From assembly GCF_009914755.1 (NCBI RefSeq), contig NC_060932.1: a DNA stretch of 64,000 nt; one strand, given 5' to 3'. The translations under genes and the position numbers were made by a program. The notes under the pieces were generated by a model. It was given only the letters and a program-made list of their open reading frames with translations, was not told the DNA's origin and ran no database searches. The first letter of the stretch is position 1, and each line of letters starts with the position of its first letter. This document shows positions 18,391 through 32,885 of this stretch, one piece after another. The stretch comes from the human T2T-CHM13v2.0 reference genome, Homo sapiens.

Positions 18391-19439
18391 TCAAAATTAG
18401 TCACCATTTTGAATAACTTGGGTTTTACATTGTATTGTCCCTTGTTAATTGTTTCCTGTGCTTTTAACTTACACTTCTCTACTCCTTGGTTTGTTTTATT
18501 AAATAACCCACGCCTTGTCTTCCATGTTCCTATCCTCCCTAATCAGTATATTACCATGTAATGGGTAATTATAATATTTGGCTCTAGTTTAGGCCATCGG
18601 TTTAAATTCCATTGCACTACATGATGACATCAAGCTGGAGTAGGTACATCAACATATTGTTGTTAGTGGTGTTAACAGGGAGAGAGAAGACTGTATTAGC
18701 CTGATCCCTAAAAGAGCTCATGAAAACTGAGAATTACTTATGACAATTTTTCAATATAGAAACAAAATTAGGCATAGCATTGACAGAACAGGAATAGCTG
18801 CATTCAATTTACTACAGTCCACAGTTAACCACTGTATTAATTAGAGCTCTTAGGTTCCAAGAAGTAGTAGAACCTAACTTAAGCAAAGAAATTTATTGGA
18901 AAGATTCTGGAGGATTACAGACCCAATAGGAACCTTAAGAACCATACTCCAAAGTAGGCAAGAAGTTAGTTCCTAGAGAACTAGGAAGCAGGAGCTATGG
19001 CAGTGGTCCCAGCAGAAAGCTAGGCCAGAATACCACCACTGGATTGATTCTTCAGCCCTTCCTTTAGTCTTCAGAGGAAGCAACCCACAGGCCAATTTTG
19101 TTCATTTTCTGACTTCCTGGCTGTACCAGTGTACCGATAGGTACACTGGTACATCATTTTGCCTCCTTTTTTGGGAGGCAGGCACCTAAAAATACTATTT
19201 CAACCAGACCATGAACATTTGGAGGGAAGTAATTTCTCTAAATGTGCAGCCAAAGGCAACGAATGTCCTCTGCATTTACCAGGGGATGCACCTCTGGCAA
19301 AGACTAGAGCAATAGAGGGGAGTGGAGGTTTAAGCTACCCCAGGGTACCTAATTCCTGCATTCAGCTGTAATGGGTCTCAGTCCTCTAAGCCCCTCGTGC
19401 TATTTCATGCTCATTGTTTCGGTTACAATAGAGGATTCT

Positions 19440-19769
<330 letters not shown>

Positions 19770-20312
19770 TTACAGTCCCTCCCAAAATTTACTCTCCACC
19801 CATTCAAGGATAGTTTCTTTTTCCCCTCGGGACTATAATAAATCGTTCTTACATCACTCCTGGGAAGGGGAGAGTGACCCTGTGATGACAGGTAATGCAC
19901 CAGGCCTGTGCGGCTTGCTTGGAGTGTCAGCACGATTTAGTCAAATTGCACACTCATGGCTCCATAAGTTCCAGTGGCTGTGGAGGTTCTTTTCACTTCT
20001 TAGGGTCTTCAGGCCTGGCTGATCATCATATTCCATTTCTCTTGGTTATCATGATTGGTGCAATGTGTCTCAGTTGCTGGAATATTCTACAGCAATGAAG
20101 AAACAGTGCCCTTAGGAGTATGCTTGTCTGAGAATAAAATGATTGTAAAATAAGGCAGAACAAACAATGTTTGAACTCTTAAGACTAATTCCGCATAAAG
20201 TTAGAGCTCTTCATGGACACATCAGTTCTGTGATCCAGGAAATAAATTATCTTTGGATAAATAGCGAGTGTGGGGAAGACCTGATTGGGATTGAGATAGA
20301 ATTTCCCCATAG

Positions 20313-20612
20313 GGGCCAAGTGCAGTGGCTCACAGCTGTAACCCCAGCACTTTGGGAGGCCAAGGTGGGTGGATCACGAGGTCAGGAGTTCAAGACCAGC
20401 CTGGCCAACATGGTGAAACTCCATCTCTACTAAAAATACAAAAATTAGCTGGCCATGGAGGCGCATTCCTGTAATCCCAACTACTCAGGAGGCTGAGGCA
20501 GGAGAATTGCTTGACCCGGGAGGTGGAAGTTGCAGTGAGCTGAGATTGAGCCACTGCACCCCAGCCTGGGCTACAGAGCGAGACTCCATCTCAAAAATAA
20601 AAAAAAAACAAA
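20313..20612 (+). mobile_element. Alu (Sg-like)
   Basis: TSD aatttccc(c/t)atagg. Confidence 0.92.
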
Positions 20613-20837
20613 AATTTCCCTATAGGTAGGTGAGATAGGAACCTCCTGCTCACCACCATCTCCCTTTCTCACCTAGCTCCTGTCACCCAGAGGCAACTAT
20701 TTTCAAATTTTTGAGATGGATGTTTGGGTATTTACCTTCTGTTTTGGCATACACTTTTGTAGCTCTCCTATTCCAAAGTTGATGGCTGTTATGCCTACTA
20801 CTTAGTTACCATTTTGGGTTTTCTCTTTACTTTTTAA

Positions 20838-21147
<310 letters not shown>

Positions 21148-21224
21148 CCCTTTACTTTTATTCCTAGAATTCTCTTGGTTTGGATTCACTTTTTCCTGAA
21201 TCCCATGCCTTCCTCTCATCTGAT

Positions 21225-21540
21225 TTATTTTCTTTCTATTTATTTATTTATTTATTTGAGACAAGATCTCACTTTGTTACTCAGGCTGGAGCGTAGTGGC
21301 GTGAACTGGGTTCACTGCAGCCTCAACTTCCTGGGCTCAAGTGATTCTCCCACCTCAGCCTCCCGAGTAGCTGGGACTACATGCTCGTGCCATCACACCC
21401 AGCTAATTTTTGTATTTTTTGTAGATATGGGGTCTCACTATGTTGCTCAGGCTGATCTCAAACTCCTGAGCTCAGGCCATCTGCCCACCTCGGCCTCCCG
21501 AAGTATTGGGATTACAGGCATGAGCCAGCATGCCCGGCCT
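21225..21540 (-). mobile_element. Alu (J-like)
   Basis: Reverse-complement full Alu. Confidence 0.9.
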
Positions 21541-21799
21541 ATTTTCTTATTTTGGTGAAATACATCCTTCAGTAGCTTCCTGAAAAAGAATACATGGGAG
21601 ATCATTTGTTCCAGTCCCTACATGCCTGATAATGTGTTTTACTCTGACATTTGATTAATAATTTGGTCCAAATTGTATATTGAAATTAATTTTCTCTCAC
21701 AATTTTAAGAACATCTATGGAGAAGTCTAATGCTTGCCTCCTGGTACTCTGCATGTAACTAACTTTTTTTTGTGTGGAAGATTTTAGGATATTCTCTGA

Positions 21800-21970
21800 A
21801 TTAGATATCTATTTTGGCAAAACAAATTATCCCTAAACTTAGTGGGTTTGATTTAACGTTTATTATCTCATTATTTCCATTTGGTCAGGAATCTACGTTC
21901 AGTTTAGCTAGGCCCTCTGGCTCAGGGACTCTCAAAACACTGCAATCAGGGTTTCAGCTGGGGCTGCAGT
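21800..21970 (-). mobile_element. MLT1 (MaLR) LTR fragment
   Basis: aaattatccctaaacttagtgg ... tttattatctca ... ggtcaggaatc ... ctctggctcaggg, typical antisense MLT1 end. Confidence 0.6.
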
Positions 21971-23158
21971 AAGGTTTGATATAATTAATATAATTTTCTT
22001 CTGCTTTCACAGACTTCTCATCAAGCTGGAGATAATGAAATAATATTTAAACTGTTGAGAGAGAAAAAATAAGCATCGACCTACCATTTTTTATCTAGCA
22101 AAAATATTGTTTAGAAATGAAGATGAAAGAGAGTTTTTCAGGCAAATGGAAACTGAGAGAATTTGTCGCCTATAGACCTGCACTATCAAAAATACAAAAA
22201 GAGAAATGATACCAGATAGAAACCTGGACACATACAGAGCAATAAAGAATATTGGAAATGGTAAATATGGGCTAAAGTAAAAGATTTTTCTTATTTTTCA
22301 ACTGTCTCTAGAAGACAATTGAATATTTAAAATAGTAGTAGTAGTAATAATAATAATGCATTGTTGGATTTGAAGCATATGTAGAAAGCATGATGACAAT
22401 GGCACAAAGGAAAGGAAGGGAAAATGGAAGCCTGTTGTTCTAAGGTTCACATTATAACTGAAGTAACATAGTATTTTATGAAGGTAGACTATCGTAAGTT
22501 AAGGATATATATTGAAACCTTAGAAGAACCATTAAAACAGTAAAACTAGGAGGTATAGCTAATAATCCAAGAGTGGAGGTTAAAAAAAATCCCAAAACTT
22601 AATAAACCCAAAAAAGGGTGGGGAAAAAAGGAACAAAATATCTATATAATATATAGAAAGGTAATAGTTAGATGATATATTTAAACCCAAACCTGTCAAT
22701 AATTAAATTAAACATAAGTGGTCTAAACAGTCCAATTAAAAGGCAGAGATTGTTGGACTGAATAAAAATAGGTAAACCCAACTATATTTTGTTTATAAGA
22801 AAACTAAGTTAAATATAAATATCCCTATAAAGCAAAAGTAAAAGAATAGAAAATGATAAAATACTAGTTAAAGACTAATGAAAAGAAAGTTGGAAGGGCT
22901 ATATTAACAGCAAGAAAAAGCATAACTTAAAATAGAACTTTTACTAGGAATTAAGAAGGATACTTCAGAATGGTAAAGGAATCAAGGAACGTAGTAATCC
23001 TAAATGGGCATGATAGAGCTTCAAAATTAATAAAGCAAAAAAGATGAAACAGAAAGATACTATCTATAATTATAGTTGAAGATAAACACTCTTCCTTCAG
23101 TGATTGGTAAAACAAGCAGACAAAAAATGTCAGTTATACAGAAAAGGGGAACAACACT

Positions 23159-23613
23159 TGTGTTAGAGTTCTCCAGAGAAAAGAATCAACAGGATTGATC
23201 TGTCAATCTATCTATCTATCTATCATCTATCTATCTATCTATCATCTGTCAACATTTAAGGAATTGACTTATAATTGTAGGGGCTTGACAAGTCCAAAAT
23301 CTGTAGGGTAGGCTGGCAGGCTGGAGACTCAGGGAAGAGTTGTCAGGTCCACAGGCAGTTTCCTGGCAAAACTCTTTCTTGCTTGGAGGAGGCTAGTGTT
23401 TGTTCTATTAAGGCCTTCAGCTAACTGGATACATCAGCCTACTCACGTTATGAAGGGTGATCTGCTTAATTCAAAGTCCACTGATTCAAATGTTAATTTC
23501 ATAGAAAACAAAAGTGATGTTTCCCACAGAAGCATCCAGACTAACATTTGACCTAGTATCTGGACACTGTGGCCCAGCAAGCTAAGATATTATACATAAA
23601 GTTAATCATCACA
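23159..23613 (-). mobile_element. MLT2 (ERVL) solo LTR containing a (TCTA)n tract
   Basis: tgttagagttctccagagaaaagaatcaacagga ... aaagttaatcatcaca, the reverse of the MLT2 consensus ends. Confidence 0.8.
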
Positions 23614-24309
23614 ACTCTGATCAGACTTGACCCAAAAACTGACAAACTACATATTCTTTTTAAGTTTGCATGGAACATTTACCAAGACAAGCCATAAAAC
23701 CAGTGTCACTAGATTTAAAAGGATTAATATCAAACAGAGTGCTCCTCACATCACAATGAAGTTAAATTAATTAAGAGGAAGATATCTGGAAGCTCCCTAA
23801 ATATGTGGAAATTAGATCATTAACTTCCAAATAATTAATGAATTTAAGAAGAAATCACAAAGAATGTTATAAAATATTTTTAACTGAATAAAAATGAAAA
23901 CTTGATATATCAAAAATTTTTGGTAGGTAGCTAAAGCAGTGCTTAGTGAAAAGCTTATAGCTTTAAGTGTTTATATTAGAAAAAGAAGTCTAAAGTAATT
24001 CATGTAAGTTTTCATCTTAAACTAGAAATAGAGTAAATAATGGAAGGTAACCAATAGAAAAAGTAAATGAAACAAAGAAGTTGCTTTATTTTTAAAAATC
24101 AGTAAAATTGATAAACTTCTAGCTAGACTGCTCAAGAAAAATTGAAAGTAAACACAAATTATGAATATTTGGTATGAATAAGAGCATATCACTATAGAGC
24201 CTAAGACCTTAAAAGGATATTAAAGAAATAGTATGAACAACTTGATGCTAATATATTTGACAATTTAAGTAAAATGGACACATTCCTTTAGAAAAAAATT
24301 ACCAAAACT

Positions 24310-24684
<375 letters not shown>

Positions 24685-24881
24685 TTATTTATAATTAAAG
24701 ATATTTTTATAAAGAATACTCTAGGACCATAAGGCTTCACAGGTTAATTGTATTAAATATTTAAGGAAAAAATAATACCAATCTTATTCATAGTCTTTCA
24801 GAAAATAGAGGCGTATCCATTTTTCTAACTCATTTTAAGAAATAGCATCATTCTAATATCAAAAGCAAACAAGGACATTGC

Positions 24882-24953
24882 AAAGAAGAAGGGGAAGAAG
24901 GAAGAGGAAGAGGAGGAGAAAGGGAAGCAGGAGATGGAGAAGAAGGAAGGCAG
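24882..24953 (+). repeat. Purine-rich (GAA/GGA) low-complexity tract
   Basis: aagaagaaggggaagaaggaagaggaagaggaggagaagggg... Confidence 0.8.
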
Positions 24954-25007
24954 GTACAGTGCAATATTTCTCATGAACATAAACACAATTTTTAAAAAAG
25001 TATTAAC

Positions 25008-25283
<276 letters not shown>

Positions 25284-25959
25284 GGTATTAACAAATTAAA
25301 TTTAGTAATATATACAAAAGATACTATATTGTAATCAAGTAGAGTTTATTCCAGAAATCCAAGGTTGAATTAACTTTAAAAAGTCAACTAATTAAGTCAC
25401 TAAGTTAATGAATAAAGGGGACAAACTATTGTCATTTTAATAGATGCAAAAAAAAGCACATAACATTTAAATCCATTTAAGATGTCTAAGCAAACTAGTA
25501 ATAAAAGGCAACTCCCTCAACCTGATAAAGGGCATCTGAAAAACACCTGGAGCTAACATCATGCTTAATAGTAAAAGACTGAATTATTTCATCCAAAGAT
25601 TGAGAACAAGGCAAAAATGTCTGCTTTCAATCTTTAAATCAACATAATACTGGATCACCTATGCAGTGCAAAATAAGGCAAAGAAAAAAAGTCATAGAGA
25701 TTGGAAAGAAAGAAGTAAAACTTTCTTTATTCTTGGAAAAAATAATCATGTATATATAAACAATCTCACGAAATCTACAAAACATCTTCTAGAAATAATA
25801 AATGAGTTTAGCAGGGCAGCAGGATACAAGGGCAGTATACTAGCAATTAATTTACAATAGCATCAGAAAGCATGAACATAAAGATTAATGTAACAAAATA
25901 TGTGTAGGTGTGGACCTACAAAATTGTAGGTCCACATTTGAAAATGCACCCAAAGGCAG

Positions 25960-26370
25960 GCACTGTGAGCTGCACAACCACACACTCATTTCCAACCCTC
26001 TTGCCTGCCTCTGTCTAGGAGCTTGAAAAAGCTACGTACCCATTTTTATTTACCTATTTATTTTGCAGCTACTCTTGCAGCTAATGGTAGTCAAAGGACC
26101 CATTTGTGGCAAATGAGAGAGATGTAGGATAATCTTCCAGGCCACTTCTGGGACAGCTACACCCTCCAGCTTCCTGCCCTGGATGTAGATATGCTGCCTG
26201 AAGCTGTGAAAACCTTCCAACCAGGAAGTGGCACACTAAGGTGACAAGTATTCTGACAGCTCTGACTGCCTACTTCCATATTTCCAGTAATATTAAATAA
26301 TTGATTGCCTTTATTGCTTAAATCAAAGTTAGTTAGCCGTCCTGTTACTTACATTCCATGCTGATACATG
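25960..26370. mobile_element. Ancient ERVL-type LTR (LTR16/LTR33/MLT1J-like)
   Basis: GC shift within L1; ends cctgttacttac...ctgataca; family uncertain. Confidence 0.45.
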
Positions 26371-26424
26371 ACCTCACACAACTGGGAATAGATAGATAAT
26401 GGCCCCCAAAAGATTAGGAATTCT

Positions 26425-26990
26425 GCTGGTCACGGTGGCTCACACCTATAATCCCAACACTTGGAAGGCCAAGGTGGGGGGATCGCTTGAAGCCAGGTGT
26501 TTAAGACCAGCCTGAGCAGTGTAGTGAGACCCTGGTTCTACAAAAAATAAAATAAAATAAAAATGGCAGATTACTTGAGGTCAGGAGTTCAAGACCAGTC
26601 TGGCCAACATAGTGAAACCCTGTCTCTACAAAAAAAAATACAAAAATGAGCCGAGTGTGGTGGCATGTGCCTGTGGTCCCAGCTACTCAGGAGGCTGAGG
26701 TGGGAGGATCGCTTGAGCTGGGAAAGCAGAAGTTGCAGTGAGCCGAGATTGTGCCATTGCCCTCCAGCCTGCATGACACAGCGAGATCCCGTCTCAAAAA
26801 AAAAAAAAAGGAAGTAAAAAAAATTAGCCAGGTATGGTGGCATGCACCTGTAGTCCTAGCTACTCAGGAGACTAGGGCATGCCAGGCTTGAGCCCAGGAG
26901 TTTGAGGTTGCAGTGAGCTATGATCACACCACTGCACTGCAGCCTAGGTGACAGAGTGAGACCCTGTCTTTAACAACAACAACAACAAAA
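26425..26990 (+). mobile_element. Nested Alus: an AluJ whose A-rich linker contains a 5'-truncated second Alu (about 26565-26815)
   Basis: Left arm, A-rich linker, truncated Alu with A tail, then right arm beginning aattagccaggtatgg. Confidence 0.85.
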
Positions 26991-28039
26991 GGACAGGAAG
27001 TCTCATTTGGGAGTCTCGCAATTCTAATTGAGTGAATGCAGTTTCTCTTCATTCTCCTTCCTCATCTCAGTTCGGAAGAGCTCCTATAGAACCCCTTAAA
27101 TCTGATGTCCATATGGAGAATAAGCACTTACAGAGTAAGGGAGGCTAAATCTGGGACTTGCACTCAACAGACAGTGCCCTGAGTGTCTGCGGAGTCCCTT
27201 CCCCACCTTACTCCAGAGGGTCCAGGAGGCCACAGTGGGGAGCAGAGGTGGCCCCCAGGAGTATGCACTGCTGTGTTTAGAGTCTTCGCAGCCTTTGTTT
27301 GATGATTTAAGTGAAGTTGCTGAGAGGTTTAAGAATTGGGAAATAATCCTTTTGTATCTCTTATAATTGCTATTAAATCATAAATTTCCTGTAATTAATA
27401 GAACTCAGGAGCAAGTGGTGACCACGGCATTTTTTCAGGGTCTGATCTCAGTCAATGGAGTGGCATTAACACCCATGTGTTTCATAAATGTTAGAACTGC
27501 TGTTTTCTAGAGACAACTGTACATTCTCTTCTCCCACCTGCAGGGATTGAGCTTCTTAGTATTTGGACTTATTGTGCCAAAATTGGTTTTCATCTAAACA
27601 AACCAACAATTCTAGATAGCTAATAGCCCCAATCACCTTTCCATTAACTGCTGGAATTTGACAGGTGCCCCAGAAATACCTTCGGACATTCATTTGAAAT
27701 TTAAATGAAGGGGACACATTTAGGCAGCTCTAGAAACATGAAGGCAGCTCTAGCTTTGCCCTCCTCAGCCCAGCCATAAGCGTAGCCCCTTGTGTTACTC
27801 ATCAAGTCCAGTATGAGAACCAGCAAGCTGGCCAATGCATTGTGCACTTAGGAACAATGCACTCATCTATTTTAGGCCCCTGTTCTGAGTGCAAAGCTCT
27901 ATCCATAGTGATTTCCTGATTTCTTCCTGATCACTACAGTGCAGGGTGAGGGGAATGGATAAGGTCTCTCAATTTTACATGCCATATCATTAATAGACCA
28001 TTAAAAAAAAAAGATTTAGGTGGTACAAGTGCATAATCA

Positions 28040-29880
28040 GCATAGCAATTGATGTAGAAGAACTATTTGAAAAATCCAACACCCATTCATGATTAACTCT
28101 TTAAAAACTAGCAATAGAAGGGGAATATCTTCAAATTGATACAGGGTATTTATAAAAACCTACACTGAATGGCATACTTAATGGTAAAAGCTGAATATGT
28201 TCCCCTTGTGATCAAGAACAATACAAGGATGTCTGCTCTTAACACTCTTATTCAACATAGCATGAGAAGTTGTAGCCAGCGCAGTAAAGCAAGAAAAGAA
28301 AATAAGTCAAAAAGATCATATAGGAAGAAACAAAATTGTTCCTATTTGCTAATGACATACTTAGATATATAGAAATCCCCTCGAAACTTACAAAAAATAA
28401 AAATAAACCCTAGAGCTAATAAGTGAGTTTAGCAAGGTCACATGATACAAGATAAACATAAAATAATCAATTGCACTTCAATTGTTCATTGGTAATTACC
28501 AATGAGCATGTGCACACCAAAATTAAAAATACGGTCCCACTTACAATCATTAAAAAATACTAAAGTGTAAATCTAAAAAAAAAGTACAGAACTTGTATAC
28601 TATGTACTACAAAACTACAAATCACTGATGAAAGAAATCAAAGAAGACCTAAATAAATGGTGAGACATACCACGGTTCATGGATTGGAAGACTCTATAGT
28701 AAATATTTCAATTCCCAAATGGATATTCAGGTGTAACATAATTCCAGCAAGACTTTTTTGCAGACATAGACAACAATATTTTAAATTTAGATGGGACTGC
28801 AAAGAAATCAGAAGAGCTAAGACAATTCTGAAAGGCAAGAATAAGAATGAGAGGAATCTGTCTACTCCATCTCAAGACTGATTTTATAGCTATACCAATT
28901 AAGATTGTGTAGTATTGGCAGAGGGATAAACACATAGATGAATAAAGCAGAATAGGGAACCCGGAAAGATATCCACACAAATGTGCCCAAATGATTTTTG
29001 ACAAAGATTCACAAGTAATTAAAAACAGGAAAGATGGCTGGGTGCGGTGGCTCACGCCTGTAATCTCAGCACTTTGGAAGGCTGAGGTGGGCGGATCACC
29101 TGAGGTCAGGAGTTCTAGACCAGCCTGACCAACATGGCGAAACCCTGTCTCTACTAAAACTACAAAACTAGCTGGGTGTGGTGGCGCATGCCTGTAATTC
29201 CAGCTACTCAGGAGGCTGAGGCAGGAGAATCACTTGAACCCAGGAGACAGAGGTTGCGATGAGCCAAGGTCGCGCCACTGCACTCCATCTGGGAAACAAG
29301 AGCAAAACTCCATCTCAAACAAACAAACAAACAAACCCAGGAAAGACTACCTTTTCAGTGAATGATTTCTGGAGCAATTGGACATCTATAGGCAAAAAAA
29401 GAAATCTTTCCCTGAGTTTCACATTTTATACAAAAATTAACTTAAAATGGATCAAGGACTTAATATAAAATGTAAAACTATAAAACTTTTAGGGAAAGAA
29501 ATAATAAGATAAATCTGCAAGAACTAATGTTACGCCAAAATTTCTTAGACTGGACACCAAAAACATGATCCACAAAAGAAAAAGTTAATAAATTAGACTT
29601 CATAAAAACTTAAAATGTTTGCTCTACAAAAGACCTTGTTAAGAGGGTGAAAATATAAATTACAGACTGGGAGAAAACACATATCCACACACCACATATT
29701 TTCAAACCACATATCCAACAAAGAACTAGTCTAAGGAATATATTAAGAACTCTCAAAGCTTAGCAGTTAAAAAAAAACTCAATCTAAATAGGCAAAAGAC
29801 AAAAAGAGACATTTCATGCATGAGGATGTACAGATGACAATCACATGCAAAGATGTGTTATTAGAGAAACTTACTATCAT
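28040..29880 (+). mobile_element. Old L1M (MB/MC-like) ORF2 remnant
   Basis: gaaagaaatcaaagaagacctaaataaatgg, tcatggattggaagac, tacagactgggagaaaa. Confidence 0.82.
29036..29335 (+). mobile_element. Alu (Sx/Sq-like)
   Basis: TSD caggaaaga; (AAAC)n tail. Confidence 0.92.
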
Positions 29881-29899
29881 TAGGAATATTTATTTTCTC

Positions 29900-30110
29900 T
29901 CACACCTTGCTTTGTCTTTGTCTACAGCATTTATCATCACAGTATGTATCATGTATTTATTTGTTTCTTTATTGTCTGTCCCCCTCCAGTAAAATGTAAT
30001 CTCTATGTGGGTGGGAACCCTGGGTTCTGTTCACTGCTTTTTCACCAGGACCAGAATTGTGCCTGGCTGGTGGTAACCACTCAGTACATATTTGTGGAAT
30101 GAATGAATAC
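29900..30110 (+). mobile_element. L2 3' end
   Basis: gtgcctggc ... cactcagtacatatttgtggaatgaatgaat. Confidence 0.75.
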
Positions 30111-30681
30111 ATGCCCTTGCACGTTTAAATGGAACTCAGCTGTAAGTTTTATCCATGGGGTCCTGGTTTTTTAAAATAATAGATTTTTAAATCACTTTTC
30201 CTTTCTTGTCTGTAGTAATTTAGTTCAATTTTCTACTCCTTGGGTAATTAATACTTTGCTCAAAAACTATCAGTGTCCTCTACATTTCCAAAATAATTTC
30301 CATAGATTTAGTAGTCTCTTATAATTCTTTTACTCTATCTTTTTTAAATCTCTTTTTTATAAGGCTCAACATGAGTTTTCTACTTTATCATTTTTTTGTT
30401 TAATGAATTAATTTTGCATTTATTTTTTGTTGTATTTTTACCTCATTGAATTCACCTTATTTTTATCTATTTAATTTATTCAGATTCATTTTATTGTCTT
30501 TTTTCCCTAATTTCTTAAGGTTATGTATTAGTTATGATGAAGACTAAATTGCTGTAGAAAGAGGATCCCAAAACGTCTTTATTTCTTTTTTCATGGAACA
30601 GTCCAGGAGGGGTAGGTGATCTATTCTACATATTTATTTCAGGAACACAGGCAAACAGGATGATGCTGCCACTCTCTAAGG

Positions 30682-30919
30682 TAGGGATTAGCACTCTACA
30701 GCATGCAGACAAATTCTACCTGTGGCTTGTTTTGCAAATAAAGTTTTATTGGAATGCAACCACGCTAATTTGTTTACATACTGCCTGTGGATGCTTTTGA
30801 TCTATAATGGCAGAGCTGAGTAGTTATGGCAGAGAGTTATGGCAGAGTTGAGTAGTTATGGCCCACAAAAACGAAATTATTTTCCCTCTGGCCATTTTCG
30901 AAAGAGCTTGCTGATGCTG
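30682..30919. mobile_element. MER58-type hAT-Charlie DNA transposon inside a probable MLT1 LTR (about 30520-31200)
   Basis: aaataaagttttattggaa core; 8-bp TSD ctctaagg (30674-30681) / ctgtaagg (30920-30927). Confidence 0.85.
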
Positions 30920-31802
30920 CTGTAAGGCAGTGTCCAGTCTGCATAATCAAAACTGGGTCACCAACATGTCCTGGCTGTTTTCAGCTTGTGGGGAGAGAAA
31001 AGGAAATGTGGAGAAGTCATGTCCACTGTACCAAGAAGTGGTACACAGCCTTCCACTCACATTTTACTGGTGAAACTATGTCACATGGCCACATCTAGCT
31101 GCAAGGGAATCTGGGGACTGCAGTGTAGTTGGGCATCAGCTACACACACCACGACCCACCTACTATTCTTTCACTGTGGTAAAAGGAGAGAATGGAGTTT
31201 GGAGGATGCCTACCATTTCCTCCTTAGATAAACAGAAAGTGCCTATATTTTCTGTCTTTCTTCTTTAATAATGAAGAAATGTCAAACAATGATTTTTTTT
31301 TCCAGAACAACTTCTTTGACTCAGAGGTTCTGGTATGACAGCCTCCTTTTCATTGTGCTTTTTTAAGGTAGTTTGTAATTTCAGTTTGGAATTCTTCTTT
31401 AAGGAATATTTTGGAGGATGTTTCTTAGTTTTCAAATACTTACGTAATTTTTAAAGTCATATTTTGATTATTTATTTATATTTGTTAAGAGAATGTGTCC
31501 CTAAAATGTATACTTCTCCAAATGTGTTTATGACCAAATGAATAAGGAATTTTGTAATACCTGGACACACATATGGGTGTGTATGTATTCCTTTTTCAAA
31601 TGACAAAGATTTATCTAATAACTACACACGTTTGATTACATTATGTCCTTTCTTATTTTTGTCTTTTATATCTAATTCTGAAAGATTTATTAAACTCCCT
31701 CATTCTAATATAATTTTTAGAATTAAGTTTTTGCATTTCTAATAATTTCCATTTATATATTTACCTGTCATGTTTTTAAATTTAAGTTTATTATATTTTC
31801 CT

Positions 31803-32087
31803 ATTTATTTATTTATTGAGACAGGGCCTCACCTTGTCCCCCAGGCTGGACAGTGGCGCATCCTCAGCTCACTTTAGCCTTGACCTCCTGGGTTCGAGGG
31901 ATCCTCCTGCCTCAGCCCCCCAAGTACCTGGGACAATAGGCACATGCCCAGCTAATTTTTGGTTTTTTGTAGAGACAGGGTTTTACCATGTTGCCCAGGT
32001 TGGTCTCAAACTCCTGAGCACAAGTGATTCACCTGCCTCAGCCTCCCAAATTGCTAGGATTATAGATGTGAGCCATTGCACCTTGCC
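31803..32087 (-). mobile_element. Alu (J-like)
   Basis: TSD aagtttattatattt. Confidence 0.9.
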
Positions 32088-32483
32088 AAGTTTATTATAT
32101 TTGCTTTAAACATTGTTCATTTAATGTTATTTGTATCCATGTGTTTCTTTTTGAATATTTAATCTTAAATCTGTTTTCTGATATTAATAATTTGTGATTG
32201 TGATGTCTTTTTGCTAGTATTCATTTATCGTAGTATTCACTTTTTTCCTAAGCCTTATATCTCTAGTAAGAAAAAAAGAAAAAATGCCTTACTAGAGAAG
32301 GTAAATGAGGATAATAAAATATGCTCTGTCTTTTATAAGGCTGAAAGAAGATAATGGCTGGGAGAGTTTTGTAAATCATAAAGAACTACACATGTAACAA
32401 ATATTGTTCATTCTGCCACTGGGTCTGTGGACATGCCTAAGTTGTTGTTCTCTGACTTCAATTATACATTTCTGGGCAGATCA

Positions 32484-32548
32484 GATCTATTATCTATTAA
32501 TTATCTATCTATCAATCAATCATCAATCTATCCATTATCTATCTATCC

Positions 32549-32602
<54 letters not shown>

Positions 32603-32606
32603 ATCT
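32484..32606. repeat. Compound GATA/TATC tetranucleotide STR
   Basis: Perfect (TATC)13 at 32551-32602 with degenerate units to the left. Confidence 0.95.
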
Positions 32607-32885
32607 AGATTATGATTCTAACCAATTTAGTCATTAGCAGTGGGCTGTATCTACTATTCCAACATAACTATATCACACACCTGCCCGTTTTCATTGCCAA
32701 TACCAGATAGAATATTTATGCCATTATTATTTTGGAACCCATAAAGTATAGAGTGAAAAGTATGTTTATTTTTATTTTCCTACTATTGTTATCTAAAAAC
32801 ATACACAGTGTTTCAAGAAAACAAGCTACTGTGAAGCATCAAATAAGAAATACTCTGGTTGGGGGCTGAGGTGGGAAGGCAGCAC

